A stretch of 64,000 nt of DNA from the NCBI RefSeq assembly GCF_006345805.1, contig NC_043004.1, forward strand, positions 23,746,001-23,810,000, in the 5' to 3' direction. The notes under the pieces are model-generated. The model had not been told where the DNA came from. It made no database searches and saw only the letters and a list, made by a program, of their open reading frames with translations. Positions 38,333 to 52,419 of this stretch are shown in pieces; the first letter of the stretch is position 1, and the number at the start of each line of letters is the position of its first letter. This DNA is from Octopus sinensis (lineage: Eukaryota). Both the position numbers and the translations under genes were made by a program.

Positions 38333-39620
38333 ATTATGGATTTGTGTAAGCGTGCCTATGTGTATTCTATATCGACCCCACATATCACACCTTTTCTGTC
38401 AGGGCAATCTAGATGAATTCTCAGAAATGTTGTTATTGATGATTCCTTTTTCATCCTCCTGTAATGCCTAAGGTTCAAGGGTTCCGTAAGACTTTGCTCA
38501 GAGTACGACCTTTGTCAACCTCCAGTTGGAAACACTTTGTACTCCCTCCATTCTTGCAGTAGCCCTCCACTCACTCCTGGTACTTATTTCTCTTTCTCTT
38601 TTGTAAATGTGTGAATAATGTGTGCTGGGAAACATTACCTGTTTCTCGAGATTATCATTTATCATTTAATACTATGATGATGGAAATGATCCCCCAGAGC
38701 AATTCTTAGGTATTTACGTTGCCCACTCTCCCTCTATACTAAAGGATAAATGTTCTGGCTTTGTTGTCACAGATTCCCTTGAGGATATGGTCGTGTCTTC
38801 AACCTTCATGGAATATCTCCAAGAAACTGTTAAGATATGCTCGAGGATTTTTCTCCTAGATCTCAGTGTTTTCATTAAGCCACGTGTAAAATAATTAGAT
38901 GCACTGGAGAGAACTTAATGAACTCACTGGTCAAGACAAGATCGTCTGCGTGTTCCACTTCCTGATATCCTGCAAGTTGGCATTCTCCACCATCACCTAC
39001 TCCAACTCCATTCTGACAGCCTTTGCACATCGTCACTGCCCTGCTCGCCCACGTTCCCTCCACTGCTGCACGCACTTCCTTCTCTACTATCTTCCGCCTC
39101 TCATTTCTGCTACACGTATCATATTACATGCCCAAGGTCAGGGTTTGTTCTAGTTAACTAACATATGACCGGCACCAACAAGAAGTGGGGATAATCAACT
39201 GGATACGTTATCTTGGTGTCTTTCTTTGCTTTAGCTAAGAACATACTAATAAAGTCAAAAGTAAACATATGCTACCCTACCCTGAAGCAATATAATAGTA
39301 AAACAGCCATCCATCAGAGCCTATGACTGACCTCATGATGACAACAACAGTGTAAGGATTTGAGTGCATCTTTTGAATAACAGAGATGTTCATGTCTTGG
39401 GCACAAATGAGTTTCAAACCCTCGAAGATTCGCTGCCTGATTTTGGAGAAAGGAAAGGTGACCAATGAGTTCCGCTTCAAAGTAGGGCAAGATCTAATAT
39501 TGCCCATCACAAAAGAAAAAAAAATATTTCGGGAAGGTTTCTAACCACAGTTCGCAGGACACCAACACCATTTAGATGACCTAAGCCAATCTGGATAGCT
39601 AGTTAAAAGACGTCGATACA

Positions 39621-39782
39621 AGCGCAGGAGTGGCTTTGTGATAAGTAGCTTGCTTACCAACCACGTGGTCCCGGGTTTAGTCCTACTGTGTGGCACCTTG
39701 GGTAAGTGTTTTCTACTATACCCCCGCGCCGACCAAAGCCTTGTGAGTGAATTTGGTACACGGAAACTGAAAGAAGCCCGTC

Positions 39783-39832
<50 letters not shown>

Positions 39833-40056
39833 ATGTGTGTGTGTGTATGTGTGTGTGCGCGTGTGTGTGTGTCTGTGTTTGTTCCCCCAACATCGCTTGA
39901 CAACCGATGCTGGTGTGTATACGTTCCCATATCATGGCAGTTCGGCATAAGAGTCTGATGGAATAAGTCCTGGGGGTTGATTTGCTCGACTAAAGGCTGT
40001 GCTCCAGCATGGGCGCAGTCAAATGACTAAAACAAATAAAAGAGTAAAAAAGAGTA
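39621..40056 (+). mobile_element. SINE family B (tRNA-derived), full length with internal (TA)n(TG)n
   Basis: Head gcgcaggagtggc...gggtttagtcc, body ggcaccttgggtaagtg...gaagcccgtcg, microsatellite, tail catcgcttgacaaccgatg...aaaagagta. Confidence 0.9.
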
Positions 40057-40587
40057 AGCCTAGATTACCAGAAAGTTCTAAACCAATATAGGAGCTTCCC
40101 AAGCATACTCTTACTGTTGATTGCGTACGAGGACCCCATGGCAGTAGAAAATGGATCAGAGCACTTGATGAACAAACATTTTCGTAGAAGGATTAGTTTG
40201 CACCTCACCAGATATTTCTACGAGCTATGTCATCACTTTCCTAGTCAAGCATCTAAACATCACTTCTATAGTCAAATATAGATCCTGAAGCTTTTTATGT
40301 TCTTGCAGCTTCCACCAAAGATAATCGGATTTCAATGGTCCATTTACCTCTGTTCTTTCACCCTTCTCTGTCGTTGTCATCGGTTTTGTCTAATTGAGAT
40401 ACTCATTCTCCCCCTCTAATTTCGGTCACATCTCATTATTCGAATGAATTCTCTATACAAAATGGGACTAAAACTGGCAGCCCTCCCTGTACCCTTTACT
40501 GTTTCTGATTGTCATCCGTTTATACTGTTTTCACGAATCTGTATAGTGTTGCTACCTAATGTGTTCCTCCATATCACATGTGGTATA

Positions 40588-40644
<57 letters not shown>

Positions 40645-40649
<5 letters not shown>

Positions 40650-40964
40650 GAGCTGCGTGTACTCCAACATTTCCTTGACCTTCGACCCAACCTTCAACCT
40701 GACACATCCAAACTCCTTGTCCTCTCATTTAACTGCTCTTCGTCGCGGGCGATTTTTACCAGTAGTTCTCGGGAGTGGCCATGGGAACGAGAATGGGCAC
40801 CAACTATGCGAATGGGCCTCTAGTTGAGGCCCAAATATTCTCAAGTTCACTCGTCCCACTCCTGAATTATACGGTCGTTATATTGACGACTGTATCGGTG
40901 CGACCTCACTCTCCTGCGAACATCTAGATTCTTTCCTCCCTTTTGTCAAATCTTTCCATCCTGA
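40645..40964 (+). mobile_element. Penelope-like RT fragment (degenerate)
   Basis: Across frameshifts reads GVAMGTRMGTNYAN and ELYGRYIDDCIGATS...FVKSFHP, typical PLE RT motifs. Confidence 0.75.
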
Positions 40965-41857
40965 TAAGCTCCTTGAGGCATTACTTGAAGAAAATCCTGC
41001 ATTATCAGTTGAAGAATTGGCAATAAAGCTTAGTTCAGCTATACAACTGTTCATCGTCAACTTCAACAACTTGGAAAGGTTCCTAAACTTGGAAAATGGG
41101 TGCCTCATGAATTGTCCCAAAGCACTGGAACTCCCTAGTTGACATCTGCTTTTCTCTCCATTCTCGCGAACTCATTTTCCCATTTTTGGATAGACTTGTG
41201 ACTGGTGACGAAAAATGGATCTTCTATGGAAATGTTAAGCGGCGTAAACAGTGGCTTGGTAAAAGGGGTAAGGCTCAACCACAACCGAGAAGGGAACTTC
41301 ATGGAAAAACGGTTCTTCTCTCTATCTGGTGGGATTTCAAAGGAGTAATGCACTTTGAATTGTTAACACCTAATGCAGCAATCAATGCTCAAGTCTACTG
41401 TCAGCAATTAGAGCGTGTGAACCAAGCTTTGAAGAAAAAAGACCCGCTTTAGTGAATTGGAAAGGAATGATGTTTCATCAGGACAATGCGCGACGCCACA
41501 CTGCAAAGATCACATCACAGAAGATCGAAGAGCTTGGTGGGGAAGAAATTCCTCATCCACCTTATTCTCCCGAACTTGCTCCTTCAGACTACCATTTGTT
41601 TCGTATGTTTACAGAATCATTTGGGGGACATAACTTTCGCAAGCCAGGAGGAGATCGAAACTGACGTTTCAGAGTTTTTCAGTTTGAAACCAAAAGAGTT
41701 TTACATTGATGGGATTAAAAAGCTTGTTAAAAAGATGGAAGGAAGTCATAGATAATCAGGGAAAGTACATTGATGATTAACCTTCAAATAAATATAACAT
41801 TTGATCACTTGTTTTCTTTATTCAAAATTCGAACAGAACTTATGAGATGACCTGATA
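40965..41857 (+). mobile_element. mariner (DD34D) transposase pseudogene, 5'-truncated, with 3' TIR
   Basis: VTGDEKW, HQDNA and HPPYSPELAPSDYHLF with 34 residues between the second and third D; stop and frameshifts; ends ...ATGAGATGACCTGATA. Confidence 0.9.
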
Positions 41858-44111
41858 GTTGAGTTTTGCTATAGTGTTATTTCATTATATTCACTTATAG
41901 ACGTCTTAAGCGTTTGTAGTGTCCCTTTCCTAGCAATTATAAAGAGACTTAAATACATTTCATTTAAAAGAAAGAGAGTAATGAATGTCTCACATCACTG
42001 TAGAATATTTTTGCAGACACAACTGTCAGCAAATGGACCCTTTTCATGTATCTCAATATTTTTATATTTTCATTTCTTGGTGCCCTTGATAATGCAACAT
42101 ATATTTTACCATGTGCGAAGAATTGTGTTGAGAGATGATATTATTGACTAAACAATTTCAAGGTTGTACCACAGCATGACCGCATTCTAACACAATTTGA
42201 AAAGTTAATTCTATTTGATAGGGGTTATTGTTTTGAACTACGTAATACTTTTTAAAATAATTTACTAACTTGTTTTGTTGTTGTGTTTCTTTTATTACAC
42301 TTTTTACGAACGCGAAGAAAAGCTATTTGCTTACATATGGAATTCAAACGGAAGTTGACATTTAAAACAGAAACGAATATTGTAATATTAAGCTTTATAA
42401 TGTATATGTAATATACAAATAATCTTAATAGTCTAATTTTTTAAAATATTCTTTTATAATTTCTTCAATGTAATATGACATTTTTTAATAACGTAGGGAA
42501 AAAAATAAACTGGACACAGTCAGCATTTCTTCAATCATTATAATATAGATATGAAACAGAAAGTCTGCTTTTATCCTATTTTGTAGACTGCTGTATTATT
42601 TCATATAATTGGCACCAACTTATATAAATTGTAAGATTGGAAGCAGAAAATTAAATGGAATTCATTAGTTCACTGGTACTACGTTCTATCGATTCCAAGT
42701 GATTGGAAAGTAAATCCGACCTTTGTGGGACTTGAGCACAGAATATAAAACCCCATATCAGAATTGCTACAAGACGTTTCGCTATCCAAAATGATAAAAC
42801 CACAGCACTTACAAACATTTGAACGCGTGTAAAACTGATCAAGATCGACTCCATTTCCGAATTGATACTCATTTTATAGACCACAGTATGGTAAAAATAA
42901 CAGCTGATCGACGTAAAATTTGAAATCAGAACTAAATATTACAAGATCTTTTGTCAGACATCCTCTACTGATTCTGCCAACACACTGCCCCCAGAAGACT
43001 ATATTAAACTATATTTATATTTATACAAGTCTATTTCCGCTAATGTGTTCTCTTGGTATTTTATGCTGATAGAAGCTTAAGTATGTAATATTGACACCCA
43101 CTGAGTCAATATTGGCAAGAAAAACTGAAGTAGCAAAGGTTAATTTGTTATGCAGATATAATTATTGAATAAACATTTTATTGCTTACTGTTAAGATCTC
43201 AATGAAAATGGAATCAATTAAGTATAACAGAAGAATGACAAGAGAAATCAATTGTAAAACATGAATAATATATAGAAGGGAGGGGGGATTGATGTGTTCA
43301 ACATGTTTTGTTAAATTGGTCGGCAATTTTAAAAATATAAACCGAAATTAAAATTTCTTCGCTGTAAAAGAGTAATAAAGAGATCATAAAAGTAGGAGAG
43401 AAATGAAAAATTGTTCTGTCAACAAATATTAAAATTTATTGACTAGAAACTTTCTGAAGAACATTAAGTATCAGGAAGGAAGATTCATCTTCCAAGAAAC
43501 ATGACTGGATCATACACTAGTTTTGCCAGGAGATCATTTTCTGTTCGTTGTATCCTGTTATAATCTTAGAAAATAAAACTGAAGTCTGAACAGGAATAGA
43601 TATTTAGAGAAAGGAAAATAAAAAAAAAACACAGAAAATTAGTACGTTATACAAATGGATGAAAGATGTAAGTGGAACAGACACGAACATCTTGGAACAG
43701 TAAATCAAATTGAAGATTTTATTGTAGCAAATTTTACATTCCCGCAGTGTATTTAATGTTCAATTTCTATAGACCAAGATGCAATATAGTCTCCGAATGA
43801 ATATTACCTGTGCTTTCAACGAGAAGGAAGTGCAATTAGATCCCCGTCGACACTAATATAATATCATCATAATATATATTGGCTACTACAGAAAAAGTAT
43901 GTATCTTATTTAATTAATTCGTATTATTTACAGCTTTATTATACGAGAAAAGAAATCTATATAATATGATATATATGTACACAACTACAAACCATGTATG
44001 TATTTATACATATATGTACGTATGCATGTATGTATATATATATATATATATGTATGTAGGTATATATATATATATGCTATATATATGTATGTATATATAT
44101 ATATGCTATAC

Positions 44112-44238
<127 letters not shown>

Positions 44239-44404
44239 GCTATATATATGTATGTATGTATATATATATATAAAGAAAGAAAAAAGATAAAAAGACGGAA
44301 GATTTGTTTTGCAGGATTTAAGAGTATATTAGAGCCATGATAATAAAGATATACAATTTGTACAAAATAATGTTTTTTTCTTTCAACACACATTCACACA
44401 TATA

Positions 44405-45835
44405 TATTTGTACTCACTCACCTCTCATATCATCAAGGTATTTGAGAGGGTGGTGAGATCTCGAATAACCCAATTTCTGGAAAGCAACAGACGGCTGATC
44501 TCCAACCAACATGGGTTCCGTAATGGAAGGGACTGCCTAACGCAGCTCCTGCATCACTTTGATGACATTTTGAGAGCTTTGGGAGAGGGCTCCAACACCG
44601 ATGTCATCTACCTTGATTTCAGTAAGGCCTTCGACAGGGTCGATCACAAGATCCTATTGAAAAAACTATCCAACATTGGTGTCTCTGGAAAGTTACTGAA
44701 ATGGATCAAGTGTTTCCTGACAGACAGATCTCAACATGTTGTAGTTGAAGGGGTAAAATCAAGCCCAGCCAAAGTCAGTAGTGGCGTTCCGCAAGGCACT
44801 GTGCTGGGCCCACTTCTTTTCATCATTTACATTAATAACATTAATGACATCATCAAGCACAGCAACATAAAAATCTTTGCAGATGACTCCAAGCTACAGA
44901 AGGTCATAAATGAGGCGAGTGACCGGACATGCCTTCAGTCAGATCTACTGGCTGTTATCCAATGGGCAGAAAAAACAATATGCTGCTGAACGAGGATAAA
45001 TTTGAGTTAATCCACTTTGGAAAAGAGGATGCCCTGAAACTCCCATACTCCCTTCCTTCAGGTGAAACTCTCGCGGCGTCCAACAACATCAGAGACCTGG
45101 GAGTAATTGTGGACAACAACATAAGCTGGGCCACTCATATAAACACCAAAGTTGACATGGCCCGCAGAATGTGTTCCTGGATTCTCAGAACTTTCCAGTC
45201 GAGAGATATCCACACCATTATCCTTCTCTTCTCCACTTTTGCCCGACCCCACCTTGAATACTGTTGTCCACTGTGGTCTCCCCACACAATACAAGGTATC
45301 ATAAAAGTTGAAGCACCTCAAAGGGCAATCACAAAAAAGATAGATGGCATGACAGGCCTCGACTATTGGGGTCGACTAGAAAAGCTAAAACTCTATTCTC
45401 TCCAACGTCGTCGTGAGCGCTACATCATCTGCATGATGTGGAAAATATTCCATCAGCATTGCCCAAATGATGTTGGCATCACCTTTAAGGTACATCCAAG
45501 GCTTGGCCCCGTGCCATCGGCCCAAAACAAAAATCGCACTCTCATCTCATAACAACAATACGGCACAATTATTTCACCTCAATTGGCCCCGCTCTCTTTA
45601 ACATTACACCAAAACACATTAAAACAGAAACTGACCCTATAGGGTTCAAGAAGTCTTTGGACAGATTCCTTCAAGAAATCCCGGATAAACCCCCTACACC
45701 CGGATATGTCTCTGTAAACAATAACTCTCTACTTGAGTGGGCCATAGTGCCCAAATTCTGACTTGAAAGACTTCACCAGGTGGTGCTATTAAGTTAGACA
45801 TGGCCTGGGCCAATAATGGCCGAAACCTATCAAAG
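44405..45835 (+). mobile_element. CR1/L2-group LINE, 5'-truncated RT and C-terminal domain
   Basis: ORFs 44408-44989 and 44929-45552 with YLDFSKAFDRVDH, SGVPQGTVLGPLLFIIYIN, FADDSK, RDLGVIVD, RPHLEYC and LYSLQRRRERY; third frame continues to about 45760. Confidence 0.92.
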
Positions 45836-45915
45836 TATACATGTATATATATATAATTTTATTGTTTTATTTGCTACAGTCATTTGCCTACGGCCTTGCT
45901 GGACCACCACCTTTA

Positions 45916-45978
<63 letters not shown>

Positions 45979-46394
45979 TGAGAAAAGAAGAAAATGGAGG
46001 AATTGACGTATAGACATCAGATTATTCAAAGTTATTCAGATCAATATGATATGAAATTCTTATCCCTACAGCCGTTTTCATAGCCAATTAATACAATTAG
46101 AGAAATTATATCAAACTAGTACTACATAACTAGTACTTGATTTATCGACCCCGAAAGGATGAACGGCAAAGTCGACCTCGGCGGAATTTACCGGAAAGAA
46201 GTTACATTCCAACGTGTTGGTCGACGCTTGACAGACTGAGATGTGTGCATTTTGGCAAGGTATGCATTTGAAAAAAACCGTTCTTAGCATATATATAAAC
46301 AAATATGTTTGAAACAGTTTTGTGTGTGCGTTTGTTAAACAAAATAATTGTTATTGGTGGTGGTGTTGCAGTTAGGGTAAACTAGGTATTAGAG

Positions 46395-46435
<41 letters not shown>

Positions 46436-47366
46436 GAGTAATAGAGAGAGATAGAGAGTGATGGAGAGAGAGAGATCGATAGAGAGATAGAGAGAGAGTG
46501 CGGGAGAGAGAGAGAGCTATATCATTTATCATCTAATTGTGCGTTCGACCAACAAGCTGGAATGTAACTCCTTTCTGGTAAATTTCCCCAATTTTAATAT
46601 GAAAATTTTAAATTAATCTAATTTAATTTAATTTCTCTAATTGAATTAATTGGCTAAGAAACAGCTTTAGGGATAAGAATTTCATATTATATTGATTTGA
46701 ATATCTTTGAATAAACTGATTTATATTTGTTAATTTCCCCATTTTCTTCTTTTTCTCATTCATAAATAGTTTAGATACCTATATCAATTGATGCAAAAGT
46801 AATGTATTTAGATTTTAACTGAACACTAGTAAAAAAACGGAGAACTAGGTTGCAACATCCCTTAAAGGATTATAGGTCCTTGGCATAATTATGGGTGTGA
46901 GTGTGTATGTGTATGTGTGTGTTTGAAATATGTATGTAAGGATGTAGGTTTTGTGATGTTTGTGTGTGCATGTATGTATATGCATATATTTATATATATA
47001 TATATATATACTATGGCATATCAATCGAAGAGAAAATTCTTTGCTCTTAACATTATTTCCGCTTCTCCTTTGGAGTTGGTTTTAATTACCACCAAGCGAT
47101 TGTTCTATCTTCTCTCCGAAAGCGGCGATAGTTTCGCTAAAGTAACTATGTATCTTGTATGTTATTTTATATAACCGTTTTCGTCTACATTGTTCAAATA
47201 CACATCACTGGCCACTCGGAATTATTAGTTTTTTCTTATATACAAACACGTACACACATATGTTCGCTTGCATGTATAAACAACATTATATATGCAGACA
47301 TGTATACATACATACATACAGAAATATATATACATATTTGTGAATATATATAAATATATATATAAA

Positions 47367-48110
47367 TCCCTGAACCGATGCAGCGAGCCGTGGGGATGCC
47401 ACTCTAGACTCTTTCACAATCAGCCTTAGCAACTGGTCTCTATTCACTGTCATGCACAGCAGGCTCGGCGTGTTGTGACCTGTCCAGTCCTTGATGTTGC
47501 TAAACCAAGCTTTTCTCTGTCTGCCTTTCCCTTAGCCTCCCTCAACTGTGACCTGAAGAATGGTTCTAGACAGGGAGTTTTGGAAGGATACATGACTGTA
47601 GCCGGAAAACTTTCATCCATTTACCTGCGCAATGCCTGACAAAGCCGTTCATTTTTTTGCTCTGTGTATGGGATGTATAACAGTCTTCAGAAGCAGCTGA
47701 GTTCATATGCTTAGATTCTTCGCTCCATGTCAGCTGTACGAGTTCAGCTCTCACACCTATACAGAAGAATCGAAGTCACCAGGGTCTTGTACACTCTGAG
47801 TTTTGTTGAACAGCTAACGGAATTGTTTTTTGACATGTTGTTCAGCTTCGTCATGGCGGCAGAGGTTAAACTGTGTCTTGTTATCTCCTTTTGAGATCTG
47901 CCGTCCTTGGTCAAAGTGGATCCAAGGTACTTGAAGGTATCCATTTTACCAAGTCTCTCTCCATTTAGTTGCTGGTTGTTGTGTTTTAGTCATTAGTATT
48001 AACCAAGATCTTGCTCTTTTCTGGGCTGATCTCCATCTCAAAAGTTCTTGATACTTCTTCCAGTCTGGTAGCGAGTTCCTGTTGTTCTGCTTCACTGCTT
48101 TCTCACAAGT
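47367..48110 (-). mobile_element. RTE-clade LINE 3' remnant
   Basis: MEISPEKSKILVN and TFKYLGSTLTKDGRSQKEI...KLRVYKTLVTSILLYRCES; degenerate. Confidence 0.75.
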
Positions 48111-49048
48111 CAAAACCAACAGAGTACAAAAATTTGTTTTAATCAGTTGTGTGACTTGATATCTTTCAATGTGTTTTTCCGCATTTCAGTACACGACCTA
48201 ACTATAGTTATAGGCTGTCCTAAAGTTCATCAGTATTTGTTATTAGTGGTATCTGAACACATAAATGTACAAACCCCATTTTCAGACGCATCACTGCTAA
48301 TTTTGAATGTAGTTTGGATATTGTCACTCCATAATTTGAAGACTGGTTTCCAAATGGTTAAGGTACTGGACACCCGTTGTAAGGACGAGGATTGCATTCT
48401 TGCACTGGCTGGCATGCTGTCCTCTTAAGTAAAGCACTTTATTTCGCATTGCTCCAATCCATTCACCTGAACATGAAGAGGAGCCTAGTTCTAGTGCAGA
48501 TTTCTCTTGTTGCTGGGTCTACGTTAAGACAGGGATGTAAAGTCTATGTCTGCTTTGAATTACATTGGCACAAAAAAAAAACAAGTAGCGAACGCTTAGT
48601 ACGTGTTACCAAACATACTCGCCCATGGAGTGGTGGTTGGCAGTAATCACGTAATCCACAACCTTGCGTAATTGACGCTGATTGTCAAAGTATTCGTAAG
48701 ATAGTTTCCTCGGCGTAGAGCGTATTCTTTCAACTTTCTAATTGTATATTTTAAAACAGCTGCTGCGGTTTTTACTGAATATATATGAAAAATCAAAAGA
48801 TGCTTGGTTACATTTAATCAAAGCAAGACAGTTGTCGTTTGAAATTTGAGTTTAGGCAACATGTATAATCTTTTGCTGCTTGTTAGCTTGTTAGATGTAA
48901 CAAGACTAGAAGAAACAAGTTTTTCTTATCATTAAATCAAATGGAGGATCTTCCTCACATCAGAACTGATTTACTTTCTTATCCAGTGTTAGGTAACTTT
49001 GTGAAATGTGATTAGAGAATACATTTGTGCTTCAGACATGCACGAGTT

Positions 49049-49124
<76 letters not shown>

Positions 49125-49994
49125 ATGCATACGAATGTACACATATATACATGTATGTATATATGTATGTATGCACGCAAGTATGTATGTATGTACGTAT
49201 ACCGATCCTGAATTTAAAACTTCTTTTATATTGTATAAAAGTAATCATAATTTATGTACATCTTAAGTACTAAAGAGTGATACTCAGCACAGTAGTATAA
49301 GCTGCAGAAAATAAACTATAAGGTTTTATCATATTTGAGGTGATTTATCAATTGCAAACATACCTTGTATGTAATATTACATGTCATTAATGAAAATATT
49401 TCTAATTTCTTTGAATATGATAATCAATTTTAATATGAGGCATCTTTCAAAGGCTTCGGAAATCATGTAGGACAACGTTGGTATTGACAAAAGCATGCGT
49501 TCAAAGATATCTAAAATTTATATATGTGTATATATAAATAAATATATATATATGTATGTATGTTTGTATGTATGTATGTATGTATGTATGTATGTATGTA
49601 TGTATGTATGTATGTATGTATGTATGTATGTATGTATGTATGCAATGAAACCTTGCTTTGAGGTTGGCAGTATAATTGGTTTCTATTTCAGTTCTTTCTC
49701 GTATATCAATTTCCTGGAAATTATTTGAAATATTCTTCAAGGGTATTTGGTAGTCTTCATTTGAAATCTCGTGTATTCTGAAGCTAAAAAGTTGTCGACA
49801 GAAATAATGATACTGTCCTTAATTCTTGACAAACATTACGTTGGATATCACACATACGCGTGCGTACACACACACACACACGCATGCACACATATATGTC
49901 ATTTTACTTCATTCGTCTTTCACTTTTGTTATTAGTGACTAGAGCAAGCAAACAAAAAATTAAACTGTTTTATGATAAGTTTAGAGACACACAC

Positions 49995-50925
49995 TATTCT
50001 TTCATATTCAAGGTGCAAGGTGCGAAATTTTGGGGGACGGGACCAGTCGATTATATCGACCCCGGTGCGTAACTGGTACTTAATTTATCGACACCGAAAG
50101 AATGAAAGGCAAAGTCGACCTTGGCGGAATTTGAACCCAGAACATAACGGCAGGCGAAATACCTATTTCTTTACTACCCACAAGGGGCTAACACAGAGAG
50201 GACAAACAAGGACAGACAAACGAATCAAGTCGATTGAATCGACGCCAGTAACTGGTACTTATTTAATCGACCCCAAAAGGATGAAAGGCAAAGTCGACCT
50301 TGGCGGAATTTGAACTCAGAACGTAGCGGCAGAGGAAGTACCTATTTCTTTATTACACACGAGAGGCTAAACACAGAGAGGACAAACAAGGACAGACAAA
50401 CGGATTAGATCGATTATATCGACCCCAGTAACTGGTACTTATTTAATCGACACTGAAAGGATGAAAGGCAAAGTCGACCTTGGCGGAATTTGGACTCAGA
50501 ACGTAGCGGCAGACGAAGTACCTATCTATTACACACGAGAGGCTAAACACAGAGAGGACAAACAAGGACAGACAAACGGATTAGATTGATTATATCGACG
50601 CCAGTAACTGGTACTTATTTAATCGACCCTGAAAGGATGGAAGGCAAAGTCGACCTTGGCGGAATTTGAACTCAGAACGTAGCGGCAGACGAAGTACCTA
50701 TTTCTTTATTACACACAAGAGGCTAAACACAGAGAGGACAAACAAAGACAGACAAACGGATTAGATCGATTATATCGACCCCAGTAACTGGTACTTATTT
50801 AATCGACCCTGAAAGGATGGAAGGCAAAGTCGACCTCGGCGGAACTTAAACTCAGAACGGACAGCAGACGAAATACGGTTACGCATTTCTGCCGGTGGGC
50901 TAACGTTTCTGCCAGCTCGCCGCCT
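49995..50925 (-). mobile_element. Tandem array of 5 SINE family A units (about 179-bp period)
   Basis: aaggcaaagtcgacc recurs near 50106, 50285, 50465, 50641 and 50821; only the last unit has the tRNA-like head (ctgccagctcgccgcc). Confidence 0.9.
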
Positions 50926-51155
50926 TTTGTATACAGAATATTACCTACTATAATTTAACATAACTGTCTCAAAGCTTTTTTTGCTTCACAGACCGGTTTC
51001 GTGCAAGACTTTTTTTCATCAAGCGGGAATCACACGAATAACAAAATACACTAAAGTGAATCATATATAATTTAATCATTCATTACATATAAAATAATAC
51101 ATATACATAATGCAAACAACCTGAAGTCTGCGATAGTCAATAAAACAGTAATGAA

Positions 51156-51193
<38 letters not shown>

Positions 51194-51238
51194 CAGTTTG
51201 GTGGCTGGGAACCACTGATGCCAGGCCTATAAATAAAC

Positions 51239-51444
51239 CAGAGGGTGCTAAAAAGTTCATGGCTTTAAGGGTATAATGACAGGCCTCGCTGGAAGCTCAA
51301 TCTTCCGAGTTCTTTTACAAGGCTTAGGAAAACTGGAAGTAAGTGTGTGAATCTGAGAAGGGAATATGTTCAATATAATCATGATTCACTGAACCTTGAG
51401 TATTTTCGTTTACCGAAAGCCAGGAAAATTTCAGCCCTTATTGT
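51239..51444 (+). mobile_element. mariner-type MITE (same family)
   Basis: gagggtgctaaaaagttcatggctttaagggta...gagttcttttacaaggc...gccaggaaaatttcagcc. Confidence 0.7.
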
Positions 51445-51684
51445 ATATATAAATGTGTGTGTGTGTGTTTGTATGTGTGTGTGTTTGTGTGTGTGTTTGT
51501 GTGCATGTGACGGGAGTACTTCAGTTCTCGCCTACGACATCCACACACATGACCTACGATTATAGTTGAACACATTTGTCCAAGAGCTCACTTAATGGGA
51601 CTGAACCCGAAACCTTGAGGTTGAGAAAAATAACTTTTTACATCGCTCCTAATACATAATATAGTTATATTATGAGTGAGTGAA

Positions 51685-51743
<59 letters not shown>

Positions 51744-52245
51744 GTGTGTGTAGGTATGTAAGTCTGTGTGCGTGATCCACGTTATAGTTATCTGGTATTG
51801 TTACTACGTACATCTTGTATAGAGATTTTAGATGAAGCTACTTTGCTCGTTACGAGATCAGCGGTTGAAGCTAAAAAGTTGTAAACAGAAATAAAGATAT
51901 TGTCCTCAATTTTTGACAAGCAATACGTTGGATATCAAACACATCTCTAGCACGCAGGTATCCAGTACCGATAGAGGGTAAAGGCCTAGAAACCATGGTC
52001 TACTGCTCTTGTCAAGACGGAAGGGAGTGGTTCTCTACCTTGCTCACAGTATACCAGACACAGGTTGTGTCTCGTTAACCAGCTAGAAAAGATGTTTGCC
52101 TGGGGTTAAACTGGAGTAACATAGTTCTGTATAGAACTGCCACCTTATAGTAGCAAAAAATATTACTGTCTAGAAATGTTACTACTTATAACATCTCGTT
52201 TAGAGATTTTAGAACTAGCTATTTTGCTCTTTCTCTCTTTCTCGC

Positions 52246-52273
52246 AATTTTTACACTGTATTAAAAAATAATG

Positions 52274-52349
<76 letters not shown>

Positions 52350-52371
52350 ATATATATATATATTATATATA

Positions 52372-52419
<48 letters not shown>

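Noticed and set aside
38880-39010. HADDLVL RT-like motif on the minus strand
   Set aside because: Isolated motif with no other RT blocks visible; too weak to annotate.
45795-45830. GGCC-aataat-GGCC-GAAAC at the LINE 3' end
   Set aside because: Lacks CUGANGA; an ordinary 3' UTR hairpin.
49995-50925. CRISPR-like array
   Set aside because: Eukaryotic context; the units are whole SINE bodies with no unique spacers.
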